Shown here: positions 1-9,244 of the stretch, piece by piece
How the letters are laid out: the number at the start of each line of letters is the position of its first letter
Numbering within the stretch: the first letter of the stretch is position 1
Virus record (IMG/VR): IMGVR_UViG_3300028393_000035
Coordinates: 33,492-97,491 of that record
Strand: one strand, 5' to 3'
Source of the DNA: a virus
Length of the DNA stretch: 64,000 bases
Program-made: the position numbers and the translations under genes
Notes under the pieces: model-generated
What the model was told of the DNA's origin: nothing
What the model saw: the letters and a program-made list of their open reading frames with translations, nothing else
Database searches by the model: none

Positions 1-685
1 TTTGCGCATCAACTTCTTTAAGATTTTCAGCATTAGCAAAAACGCTAAGAACTTCATTAATGCTATCTGATTTTAAATTAGAGGGGGCAGGATCATTAGG
101 AACGACTGTAAACTCTTCAGTGTTATAATATCCATTCCTATTTGCATTAATATTAAAATTATAATTTAATATTTGATCTGTATGCTGATTAAAAATGTGT
201 TGATAATTTTCAATAATTCTTGTATTGTAACCAAGCGCTGATTTAGCGGCTAATCTCATTCCCTCAACTGTTGGTCCCAATCGTGCAGCATAAAAATAAT
301 CAATCGCTCTTTGTCTGTATGCTTCATCAAGAGATTTAATCAAAGCCCAAGAGTCAGCATCAAGAATGTTTTTTGAATTTTCTAAATACGATTCATCAAA
401 ATTTCTTGCAAATCGAAATGGGTTGCCGTACAATTTGTCAAGCTGATCAAAATTAAATCCATGTTCTTCTAATTGAAGTCGTGCATAAAAATAATTTAAC
501 TTTAAAAAGCTAACTCCAGCGGGACCAATTAAAGTATATAAAAATTTGTAAAGCCTAGAATCGGGCGAAGTATTAAAAACTTCTTCTGGAAAATTGTCTA
601 GATAACTAACAATGTTACCAGAGCTAGTTAATGCTTCAACTAAATACTGTTCATCTACTAGGGCATCATAAGTTGGTCTACTCAT
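1..685 (-). CDS. Baseplate wedge / P2 gpI-like tail protein (partial, runs off window)
   Basis: Not in ORF track. ATG at 685 overlaps the baseplate-J stop (ATGA). Reads MSRPTYDALVDEQ...LDKLYGNPFRFAR...DEAYRQRAIDYFYAARLGPTVEGMRLAA, matching the gpI-like D..YR.R......GPT..G pattern; lies directly after J. Confidence 0.7.
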   Translation of the reverse strand, partial: MSRPTYDALVDEQYLVEALTSSGNIVSYLDNFPEEVFNTSPDSRLYKFLYTLIGPAGVSFLKLNYFYARLQLEEHGFNFDQLDKLYGNPFRFARNFDESYLENSKNILDADSWALIKSLDEAYRQRAIDYFYAARLGPTVEGMRLAAKSALGYNTRIIENYQHIFNQHTDQILNYNFNINANRNGYYNTEEFTVVPNDPAPSNLKSDSINEVLSVFANAENLKEVDAQ

Positions 686-3600
686 AGTACGCTATTCCAA
701 GTATTTTGAGACTTAACCCTAATAGTCATAACCGATGATATGTCAGTGACTCCGCCAGATAACACTCCTTCCGGAAGGGCTGCAAGTTCGTCATCACCAA
801 TTTGAAAATCTTCATTATATGCGCCATAACCAGTATTAACATTTATTCCTACGACCGCTAATACGTCCTTATCGGTTTTACTATTATATGTAATTGTAAT
901 CGGATAATTAAATGATGGATCAACTTTAAAATCTACGGAACTTGAAGCAGTAATCAATGTATAATTACTATTCATTTTAGCCGTAAATCCAATTTTGTTT
1001 ACGGTGTCAACCTTCCAAGAGTTTGTATCGGTAGAAGGGTTGGCTCCAACATTGTTATCAACAAGAGATTGATAGTATGTAGATCCATACAATACAACAT
1101 CGTTCATTGAATAACTGAAATTTGCATCGTATATTTGAATTCTAAAATCATCAAATTCAATTACTTCAGGTTCATTTTTACCGTACTGAACTTTAAAATT
1201 ACTTACGACATAATTTTTGCTTATATTAGTTAAAGCTGTATTAATTGCTGGAGGAACTTCACCGGTTAAAGTTACAGATCCATCATCAATATATGAAAGT
1301 TCATCATAAATTTCATCTAGTAAAAGACTTCCACTTGTCCATGAATTAGATGTATTGCGATAAATTTTATAACCAGTGGCTTCATTAACTCTATCCCAAG
1401 TTAATTTAATTGACCTACTTGTTACCGATGGAGTCACAGTAACATAACTTGATGCAGTAGTTTGACCATTTGCATTAATTGCAGTAATTTTATAATAATA
1501 AGCCACATTTAGTAATGCGCCAGTGGAATATTCAACGGCAGTTAAATTACTTGGAGCAAGAAGACCGGTTGCGTCTTGTTTTGGCAAATATGGAAGGTAA
1601 AGATTATACTGCGTTGCCGTGCGACCATCTCCAATGTTAATCAAATCAAGTACTGGTTTACTAATCGATTGACCGTATTTATTTGTTTCAGTTAACCTAA
1701 CCCGTGAACTTTCAGTGTTATCGTACTCGGTTTTATTTTGATCTAATACGTCTTTAGACCAACGCACATTGTCAACTCCGCCAACGTTATGAATAGTTTG
1801 AATAATGTCTGATAATTGAATTTCATTTCCAAAATAAACATTGTCAAAATACCTCATTAAAGCAAGTCGAATTGATTCATTGACCGATGCTTTGTTAGCG
1901 CCAGTTGAATACATTACAGTAATATCGGGTTTAAAATATCTTACTTTGGCTTTATGAGCAAGAACGTCGGTAGTTACTTGTTTATTTGTTTCTAATAAAG
2001 ATTGAAGCGCGATAATATTACTATCATATTGATAATTATTAACATCGATAGAGGGATCAATAGTTGATAACAATAATGCAATGGTAGAATTGGCGTTATG
2101 CGAATTTACATAACTGCCATTTGCACCCCTGAGTTTAATTTGAAGCAGTGAACTTGGTTTATTTGGAAGCAAGGAGTATTGAATTTGCTCTGAATCTATA
2201 AGCAAGTAATCATTGTCAGGAAATTGCCTTGTTGTGGTTGACGCAACTTCCATCAAAACATTTACAATTGCACCAGAAGCAGTAATTGCAGCAGCCGTAG
2301 TTCCAAATTGCCCCCTATTGATGCCGGTAAATGTATTTGACGTTTTTGCACTGTAACTAATAATTTCACTGCCAATTAAAATATATCCTGAGGCTGGGAA
2401 TGGATCAGTTGAAGTAACTTTGATTGCAGTTAAGTTAGTAGCTGCTATGGTAACCAAAGTCACTTTGCCCGTATTAGCATCTCCGGTCAAAGTTCCAGTT
2501 ATACTGTACTTGATTGTACTACCGGCGGTTCCGGTAGTACAAACTGCTGAAGTTAAATTAAGTGCTGTACTTCCTGTAATTCCACTAATTTTAATTGTGT
2601 CGCCAACATTTAAATTATGAGCGGCTGAAGTTGTCAATGTGGCAGTGCCGTCCGTTGCTGACGAAGTTGATACTGATATTTGATTACCGGAATCAGAAGC
2701 ATTGGTAGTTGTTGATACGGCAGAAGAATTTGGCAACGCGGTTGCTAACGTAGCCATTGATAAAGAACTAGTGTTAATGTATGGACCTGTATATGGACCG
2801 CCGGTAACATCTCCTGAACCCTGCGACGGAATAGTTGTAGACCATTCAATGCCGTTCCTCGCCCTTATTGTTCCATTTAAATCTGTTACCTCTTCTACTA
2901 ACCAATAATGTTCATCTTTATTAAAAGTTCCATTACTTAAACTAATTTGATCTGGCAAATCGATAACTGGTTGATGATATAAAGGAGTTAATACATTTCC
3001 TTTAACGGGTCGCCTACCCGGCTCACCCATTCGTCTATAATTATCAATATAAAACGCGCTAGTCGTATCATCAGTAAATTGAAATGTTGGAACAGAACTT
3101 CCGGGACGAGGAATTGTTACATTGCCGGTCGTTGCATCCTCTCCATTAACGTAAACATCAACGCAATTTAAAATGTTTCGATCATAGTCATTGCGAGATG
3201 CTGTAGACATATAAGAATGTTCAAATAAAAGAACGTCGCCCGGAGCGATTGCGTTACTTGGACGGGTGCTAATATTGCCTATATAAACATTGGTAAATGT
3301 TATATTGGGTTGATACAATACTGGGGACTCAGTTGAGGTAGGATCAACCGTCCCAATATTGCGAGCGGCGTCACCCTTGTTTTTATCTTGAGGTAAGATG
3401 TTTAAAAGATAATCATAACCGGAAGTATAATAAATTGGCGACAAACCTGAATCATTAGCAACAAAATATGGTAAATTATCATAAATATGTTTCGAATTAT
3501 TATTATTTGATAAATTAGTTGTAAATTGATGAATTTTATCAGATGGACCATTGCCTCCCGACGTTGTATCAGAAACGCTGGGAACTTGAATGTATTCGCT

Positions 3601-4284
3601 ATATTTAGAAATTGGACCGACGACATTTGCTTTCTTTGATTTAGTCGAAAGCGCAAGTGATAAAAATTGATCTTTGGTACCAGCGAGGTTTCTAAAAGGA
3701 CCGGCGGTAGTAAACCTTGCTTTAAGTTCAGTGTCTGACTCGCTATCTGTTCCACCGGTAATTGGGTATTCGTTATTTACCGCAGTAATGCCATAAACGG
3801 GCGCTCCAACTGTTTCAGTAATAGTATTTGCAGCCACATTACCAATGATGCCGCCTTGAATAGCTTCAATAGGGGCAATAACTTCAGTAGTTCCGGCCTG
3901 CAATGTTACAGTTGTGGTAGTTCTAAATACTACGCTTGTATTTCCATCACCACCATTAGGGGTAAAGACTGTGGTGCCAGATCGAATAATAACTGGATTT
4001 GTTGTAGCGGTTTCTCTTGAAAATGTTACGTAACCCGTTGCGCGATTACCAGCTTGACGACCAAATCCAAGAATGGCCAGCATATTGTCAAGATCAGTTC
4101 CAAATTTTGCATCAATATCAAATGCCCCATTTAACACATTAAGATCGACTTGAGCATCTGCTATTGCTTGCGCAACAGTATCAATAATCCTACGCTCTGG
4201 GGTTCCCACTTCCGCAGAAATAGAAGGATCAAGCGCCCTTAATTGGGTAATCATACTTTGTGAAATTTGATCTTGTGTAGCCAT
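682..4284 (-). CDS. Baseplate J-like wedge protein with inserted beta-modules
   Basis: LDNMLAILGFGRQAGNRATGYVTF, GNVAANTIT and GGTDSESDTELKARF motifs; C-terminal SDIIQTIHNVGGVDNV. Confidence 0.9.
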   Translation of the reverse strand: MATQDQISQSMITQLRALDPSISAEVGTPERRIIDTVAQAIADAQVDLNVLNGAFDIDAKFGTDLDNMLAILGFGRQAGNRATGYVTFSRETATTNPVIIRSGTTVFTPNGGDGNTSVVFRTTTTVTLQAGTTEVIAPIEAIQGGIIGNVAANTITETVGAPVYGITAVNNEYPITGGTDSESDTELKARFTTAGPFRNLAGTKDQFLSLALSTKSKKANVVGPISKYSEYIQVPSVSDTTSGGNGPSDKIHQFTTNLSNNNNSKHIYDNLPYFVANDSGLSPIYYTSGYDYLLNILPQDKNKGDAARNIGTVDPTSTESPVLYQPNITFTNVYIGNISTRPSNAIAPGDVLLFEHSYMSTASRNDYDRNILNCVDVYVNGEDATTGNVTIPRPGSSVPTFQFTDDTTSAFYIDNYRRMGEPGRRPVKGNVLTPLYHQPVIDLPDQISLSNGTFNKDEHYWLVEEVTDLNGTIRARNGIEWSTTIPSQGSGDVTGGPYTGPYINTSSLSMATLATALPNSSAVSTTTNASDSGNQISVSTSSATDGTATLTTSAAHNLNVGDTIKISGITGSTALNLTSAVCTTGTAGSTIKYSITGTLTGDANTGKVTLVTIAATNLTAIKVTSTDPFPASGYILIGSEIISYSAKTSNTFTGINRGQFGTTAAAITASGAIVNVLMEVASTTTRQFPDNDYLLIDSEQIQYSLLPNKPSSLLQIKLRGANGSYVNSHNANSTIALLLSTIDPSIDVNNYQYDSNIIALQSLLETNKQVTTDVLAHKAKVRYFKPDITVMYSTGANKASVNESIRLALMRYFDNVYFGNEIQLSDIIQTIHNVGGVDNVRWSKDVLDQNKTEYDNTESSRVRLTETNKYGQSISKPVLDLINIGDGRTATQYNLYLPYLPKQDATGLLAPSNLTAVEYSTGALLNVAYYYKITAINANGQTTASSYVTVTPSVTSRSIKLTWDRVNEATGYKIYRNTSNSWTSGSLLLDEIYDELSYIDDGSVTLTGEVPPAINTALTNISKNYVVSNFKVQYGKNEPEVIEFDDFRIQIYDANFSYSMNDVVLYGSTYYQSLVDNNVGANPSTDTNSWKVDTVNKIGFTAKMNSNYTLITASSSVDFKVDPSFNYPITITYNSKTDKDVLAVVGINVNTGYGAYNEDFQIGDDELAALPEGVLSGGVTDISSVMTIRVKSQNTWNSVL

Positions 4285-4285
4285 A

Positions 4286-4735
4286 TTATAAAGATACTGA
4301 TAGTTTTATTGGATAAGCTTCGGGGTTTGCTTTTGCAGTTATGAAATTAATTTCAACATTAGCAGCGGTTAAATTTTGCTCTAATTTAGTAATTTGAAAA
4401 TCTATTACTACTTCTCTGGCAGTTAAAGTTGCCTTACCAAATGACATTTTATCTACTTTGGCTCTTGATAATTGACGAGCTTTATAACGATTGACAACTG
4501 CTGCTATTTCTGTTTCAATTTGTAAATGTAAATCGTTAAGAGAATTTGGCGTAGTTCCTATAATTTTATTTTCTAAACTACTGCCGTAATTTTCATTGAA
4601 TCGATTAGATCCTCTTTTTTCAAGTAATTCGCATTTAATATCTTGCATTAATTTTTGTTCATTGGCAACTTTGGCAAGGCCTTTGCTGCCAAGGGCTAAA
4701 TCACCGTCTTCTGTTAATCCTATGCTCCAAGTCAT
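4286..4735 (-). CDS. Baseplate wedge protein, gp25/gpW-like
   Basis: DGDL...QDIKCELLEKRGSNRFNENYGSSL pattern; directly upstream of J. Confidence 0.8.
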   Translation of the reverse strand: MTWSIGLTEDGDLALGSKGLAKVANEQKLMQDIKCELLEKRGSNRFNENYGSSLENKIIGTTPNSLNDLHLQIETEIAAVVNRYKARQLSRAKVDKMSFGKATLTAREVVIDFQITKLEQNLTAANVEINFITAKANPEAYPIKLSVSL

Positions 4736-4762
4736 ATCTATATATTACATGATAGAAGTTGG

Positions 4763-5266
4763 TTAACCTACAGCGCTCCAACCAATATTTGATTCGCCAG
4801 ATGTTTTTGCATACAAGGTGCTTCCTGCCGCACCATCTTTTCTAAGAAATAAACTACCAATCGGTGCTGTAGTAACGCCCTCAGGACCTCCGGTTCCTAT
4901 AACAATCTTAATCGACCCAACTTCAATTACATTAGTTTTATCTATTGTTACCAAAGATGATCCGCTAGGAGTCTTAATAACTTCAGCCGCAACCTTGGCT
5001 TCTCCGGGAGCTAAATGCACAACTTGAGTGTCATCAACATTATCAAATTTAGTATCAAGTTTCCAATACCCTCCATCTTGACGGACGATCCAATATTCAC
5101 CTTCTTTGGGCCAAACAAAAAATGATGGAACGTCAAATAATGAAATTTGAATATTACCTCCGTCTTTTAATTGAGCTTCAATTTTGCGGGTATCCGTATG
5201 CACTGTATGAATTCGCGCAGAATGCCTAGGACCAAACGCAGGATTAATATGATTGCGAATTGACAT
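4763..5266 (-). CDS. Putative baseplate spike/gpV-like protein
   Basis: Lies between hub and gp25-like genes; OB-like N-terminus (WPKEGEYWIV); C-terminal GTGGPEGVTTAPIGSLFLRKDG tail-protein motif. Confidence 0.5.
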   Translation of the reverse strand: MSIRNHINPAFGPRHSARIHTVHTDTRKIEAQLKDGGNIQISLFDVPSFFVWPKEGEYWIVRQDGGYWKLDTKFDNVDDTQVVHLAPGEAKVAAEVIKTPSGSSLVTIDKTNVIEVGSIKIVIGTGGPEGVTTAPIGSLFLRKDGAAGSTLYAKTSGESNIGWSAVG

Positions 5267-5269
5267 TAT

Positions 5270-6772
5270 TTATTTCTTATCCGATTTAGATGGATCTTTA
5301 TCCGTTGCATCTTTAAATGTACCAACGGCATCTGTAGTAGGCCAAGCTCTAATCATTCCTGCATGAACCCAAGATTTATCTGGATCTGCTGGAGTCCCGT
5401 CTCCATTTTTATATGCCGCAGGAGCCATTAACTCCGCTGTAGTGGTGAAACCATTTTCATACGAGCAGTTATGAGTCACAGAACTGACATAGCACTGCAA
5501 TCCATGTTCGGGAAACGCTACGATACCGCCGGGAAAAAGCTCGGGCATAAATGTAAATTGAAATTGAGTTTTAAATTGTTGAGACCAATATAAACAAAAT
5601 TTTTGATATGCTAAAAATGCTTCATAAATTGGTGCCCTAACCATAGGGGCTGGCTCATAATGCGGTCTTGCTCCGTATTTGCGCAAAAAGTTAATTGCAT
5701 CTTCTTGTTTAACAAGCGTCGGATATTTTTTAGGATCTACGCCTTTAAGATCACCTTTTGCATCTACGCCATTAAGAAAGTCGGCCATAAAAGCATTGAA
5801 TACACTAACCACTCCGCCTGTATTTATTTTATCATAAACATCTACGTTGCCACTACCACTGGCCGCACCAGATGGAGGTCCAACAATATCTCCAACTACA
5901 TAAACGTGAGTATATAATTCATCATCTGATAATTCGATGCTGCCACTAATAATTTCAATATCTTCAATAAACCAATAAGGAGTTTTTCCTAAACCGCCAA
6001 AGTAATCTGGGTAAAAAGCAAAAAAGTCTCCACTCGGAGTGGACATGAACTGCCTTAGACAAGCCATGGACAATTGCTGAATAAAAGGCATTAGAGGAGT
6101 ATCATTCATTAAACTTCTTTGACCAGTTAATGAATTTGATTCTATTGTGCTAACGAATCCGGGCATAGAAAAAAATGTTGAATAAGCAGCAGCTTTAGCA
6201 ATTGCCCCAACGTCAATGGTTTCTCCGCTTGGTTGAGTACCGGGTAAAATTGTTTGATCCGTTGGAGTACCAGTAGGATCACTAGCAATTGGATTACCGT
6301 TTTCGTCTGCATTGCCAAGTGAAAAATCTACAAATTTTCTTGGGGAAACGGCTCCGTTTGTTGTAGGTTCACCGCCTAGTGCAAACTCAGGTTTCATAAC
6401 TACGCGAACCCGATTACTTTGAGTAACCCATCCTTCGGAAACGCCTTTATTAACCGGTTTCCATTGTCCGTCACCAAGATTTACACTTGACGAAATGGGA
6501 CCCAAAGCAATACTGTCGTTTTCTTTAAAAATACCAATGGTTTCTTTAAATTGAAGGATCAGTGTTCTTTCATTGGCGTTATTCATGCCCCAAGTCCATC
6601 GAGATTTAACTGGGGCGCTGATGGTAATGGTACCATTGCTAATACCATAAATTTGACTTTTCATTAATCCATGGGCTGCGCTTTGATTTCCATACTCAGT
6701 AATTGTATGTAAACCAGATGAAGTTGCATTTGGAAATATTGGTGCTGGTTTTTTAGCTTGTGATCCGGGCAT
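5270..6772 (-). CDS. Baseplate hub, C-terminal half
   Basis: gpD/gp27-like C-terminal signatures (LYTHVYVVG, KYGAR, FMPELFPGGIV, YVSSVTH...GFTTTAEL); position after the three hub N-half paralogues. Confidence 0.65.
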   Translation of the reverse strand: MPGSQAKKPAPIFPNATSSGLHTITEYGNQSAAHGLMKSQIYGISNGTITISAPVKSRWTWGMNNANERTLILQFKETIGIFKENDSIALGPISSSVNLGDGQWKPVNKGVSEGWVTQSNRVRVVMKPEFALGGEPTTNGAVSPRKFVDFSLGNADENGNPIASDPTGTPTDQTILPGTQPSGETIDVGAIAKAAAYSTFFSMPGFVSTIESNSLTGQRSLMNDTPLMPFIQQLSMACLRQFMSTPSGDFFAFYPDYFGGLGKTPYWFIEDIEIISGSIELSDDELYTHVYVVGDIVGPPSGAASGSGNVDVYDKINTGGVVSVFNAFMADFLNGVDAKGDLKGVDPKKYPTLVKQEDAINFLRKYGARPHYEPAPMVRAPIYEAFLAYQKFCLYWSQQFKTQFQFTFMPELFPGGIVAFPEHGLQCYVSSVTHNCSYENGFTTTAELMAPAAYKNGDGTPADPDKSWVHAGMIRAWPTTDAVGTFKDATDKDPSKSDKK

Positions 6773-6826
6773 GATTAAACTACCTTTACTTGTCTTTTAT
6801 TAATTGAGCGATATTGAAACATTTGA

Positions 6827-7966
6827 TTAATCAACTAATCTAATTTCCACATTACCCGTACCGTCTTGGGTAAAGTTTAAAGCATCCGCAGCGTCTCTCC
6901 ATAAATCAATAGCTCTATTGGGACTGCCGCTTCCGTATCCTCTATCGGTTTTTGATGCAATAATAGATTTTCCTTTGTATCTAATTTCGACTTTTGTAAA
7001 CATTGGCAATTCGCCAGATCGACCAAAAAGAGCAGCCATGTAACCTTGATTGGTAGCCAAACCATTACTTGTTGCAGTACCCAACTCTGCATAATTATAA
7101 AGCCCACCGGGAGCATTACCCAATTTTCCTGACGCTCCGGGAGGTGGATCATCAAACCAAGAGGCCTCTGTTGTCTTCCATCCTGACCCCCCAGTTGAAG
7201 GTTGAGCGGCACCTCCGCCTCCTCCACTTGTTGTAGTTGAAGTTGAAAATTTACCATAATCACCACGACCAATAATTTCTCTGACAAATTTGGCAACTTC
7301 TTCGTTAATGTTTGAGTTATCTTTTTTGAATTCATCAAAAAGGTTTCCAACAACTTTTTCTATGTTACGAGGAAGTGATTGAATGTAAATATTATCATTG
7401 TTCCAACCGCCAATTTCATTAAGAACTCCATAAAGAAGATTACCAATACTGGAATCATTTAATCTATTAACTTTATTAATTTTTTGATTATCAGTATCTG
7501 CCGTACCAGCTTTACCATTAGACTTATCTAAGTTCCAACCGTAAGCTTTCATAAAATCGTTTACAAAAGAAAGTCCCGGATCAAAGTAAGTGTAATTTAA
7601 TCGCTTTAATGTACAAGAAGCTTTAATTTTGGCGGTCCCCGGAAACAATTGAACATCGGGAGTTGTGTCGCAATAACCTGTAAATACCTGAATGGGCTTG
7701 CCCGCAATTCTTTCAAGGATAATTGTTATCGGATCCATTGGATGAAAAACGGGAAGAACTTTGCCATCAGCTTCGCGTTCTGTAAACAAGAACCTAGGTT
7801 TATTGTCTTTAAGTACTTTTGGATTGCGAAATTCTAATTCAGCCGTACTGATGTTATCAATGACTCTGTAAACGTCACATTTGATTATGTACGGACTTAA
7901 ATCGACTATGCCAGAGTCAGTTTTGATCCAAGCTTTGATTGATGGAGAGTAAACTAATCTTTTCAT
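6827..7966 (-). CDS. Hub N-half paralogue 3 + RlpA-like DPBB (lytic transglycosylase-like) domain
   Basis: Shared MKRLVYSPS... N-terminus; C-terminus EASWF...LPMFTKVEI...DRG...RAIDL..AA.AL matches RlpA/DPBB. Confidence 0.75.
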   Translation of the reverse strand: MKRLVYSPSIKAWIKTDSGIVDLSPYIIKCDVYRVIDNISTAELEFRNPKVLKDNKPRFLFTEREADGKVLPVFHPMDPITIILERIAGKPIQVFTGYCDTTPDVQLFPGTAKIKASCTLKRLNYTYFDPGLSFVNDFMKAYGWNLDKSNGKAGTADTDNQKINKVNRLNDSSIGNLLYGVLNEIGGWNNDNIYIQSLPRNIEKVVGNLFDEFKKDNSNINEEVAKFVREIIGRGDYGKFSTSTTTSGGGGGAAQPSTGGSGWKTTEASWFDDPPPGASGKLGNAPGGLYNYAELGTATSNGLATNQGYMAALFGRSGELPMFTKVEIRYKGKSIIASKTDRGYGSGSPNRAIDLWRDAADALNFTQDGTGNVEIRLVD

Positions 7967-9244
7967 TTAAAAACCTTGAATGTGTCTAGGTGTAAATCCT
8001 TCTGTTGTATGTGCATGCCACCATACAGTGTGCCCAGCGGGTGCGCTACTAGCAGTTCCAACAAATCTATTAGCAGCATCCGAATTGGCTAATTCAAAAA
8101 ATACATGGCCACTGGGTCCAGCAGGCCCCTTTGTCCAAACAGTAAGATACTGTCCTCTACCCGGCTCTCCCCAAGTTAAAAATTCATCAGAGCTTGGAGC
8201 GTAATTAAAACCTAATTTACCAATAAAATGAAGCATATAAGATACAAAGCTAGAGCAGTCAAACATTAAAGCACCGTCGCCGTCTACAGGAGGATTATTA
8301 AGATAATTGCCCTCTCTTTCACTACTAGCTCCTCCCGGTATATCGCCATCTCCACCAGAAACGTATCTTGTTTTGGCAGAAACAATTCTGTCAACTTCAG
8401 CTTTCCAACGTCTAATTAGATCTGGAGCCTGCGACGGTAAGACTGGAGTAGGACCTGCGGCAGTACTAGAATCTGCAAGTGGTTGAGTAGACAATTGTCC
8501 GTATCCACCACTACCAATAATACCCTTGACAAATTTGGCAACTTCCTCGTTGACTTTAGAATTGTCTTTTTTAAATTCATCAAAAAGATTTCCAACGACT
8601 TTGGCTATGTTGCCGGGGATCGGTTGAATATAAATATTATTGTTATTCCATCCGCCAATTTCATTAAGCGCAGCATAAAGTAAATTGCCAATACTGGAAT
8701 CATGTAATTGAACTGATGAAGTTGGCACTTGTTTTGGATTTTCATCTTTTGTTGCTTGTTTTTCATTAACCGCAGTACCATTAGATACATTAATTATCCA
8801 ACCATAATTGCGCATAAAATCTTGTACAAAATTTAATCCCGGATCAAAGTAGGTGTAGTTTAATCTTTTTAAAGTGCAAGACGCTTTGATACGAGCGGTA
8901 CCCGGAAATAACTGTACATATGGAGTTGTGTCACAATAGCCAGTAAAAACCTGAATGGGTTTACCCGCAATACGTTCAAGTACAATAGTTATTGGATCCA
9001 TAGGATGAAAAACCGGTCTTATTGAAGTGCTACCATCTGAACCCGTATATTCGTTTTCAGTAAACAAAAATCTTGGTTTACCATTTTTAAGCACTTTTGG
9101 ATTACGAAATTGAATTTCAGCATTGCTAAGGTCATCAACTTTTCTTACAACCGTGCATTCGGTTACATATGGACTCAAATCAATAACCCCCGAGTCTGTT
9201 TTTACCCAAACCTTGATTGACGGGGAGTAAGCTAATCTTTTCAT
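7967..9244 (-). CDS. Hub N-half paralogue 2 + NlpC/P60 peptidase
   Basis: Shared N-terminus; C-terminal FDCSSFVS...GHVFFE Cys-His dyad. Confidence 0.8.
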   Translation of the reverse strand: MKRLAYSPSIKVWVKTDSGVIDLSPYVTECTVVRKVDDLSNAEIQFRNPKVLKNGKPRFLFTENEYTGSDGSTSIRPVFHPMDPITIVLERIAGKPIQVFTGYCDTTPYVQLFPGTARIKASCTLKRLNYTYFDPGLNFVQDFMRNYGWIINVSNGTAVNEKQATKDENPKQVPTSSVQLHDSSIGNLLYAALNEIGGWNNNNIYIQPIPGNIAKVVGNLFDEFKKDNSKVNEEVAKFVKGIIGSGGYGQLSTQPLADSSTAAGPTPVLPSQAPDLIRRWKAEVDRIVSAKTRYVSGGDGDIPGGASSEREGNYLNNPPVDGDGALMFDCSSFVSYMLHFIGKLGFNYAPSSDEFLTWGEPGRGQYLTVWTKGPAGPSGHVFFELANSDAANRFVGTASSAPAGHTVWWHAHTTEGFTPRHIQGF

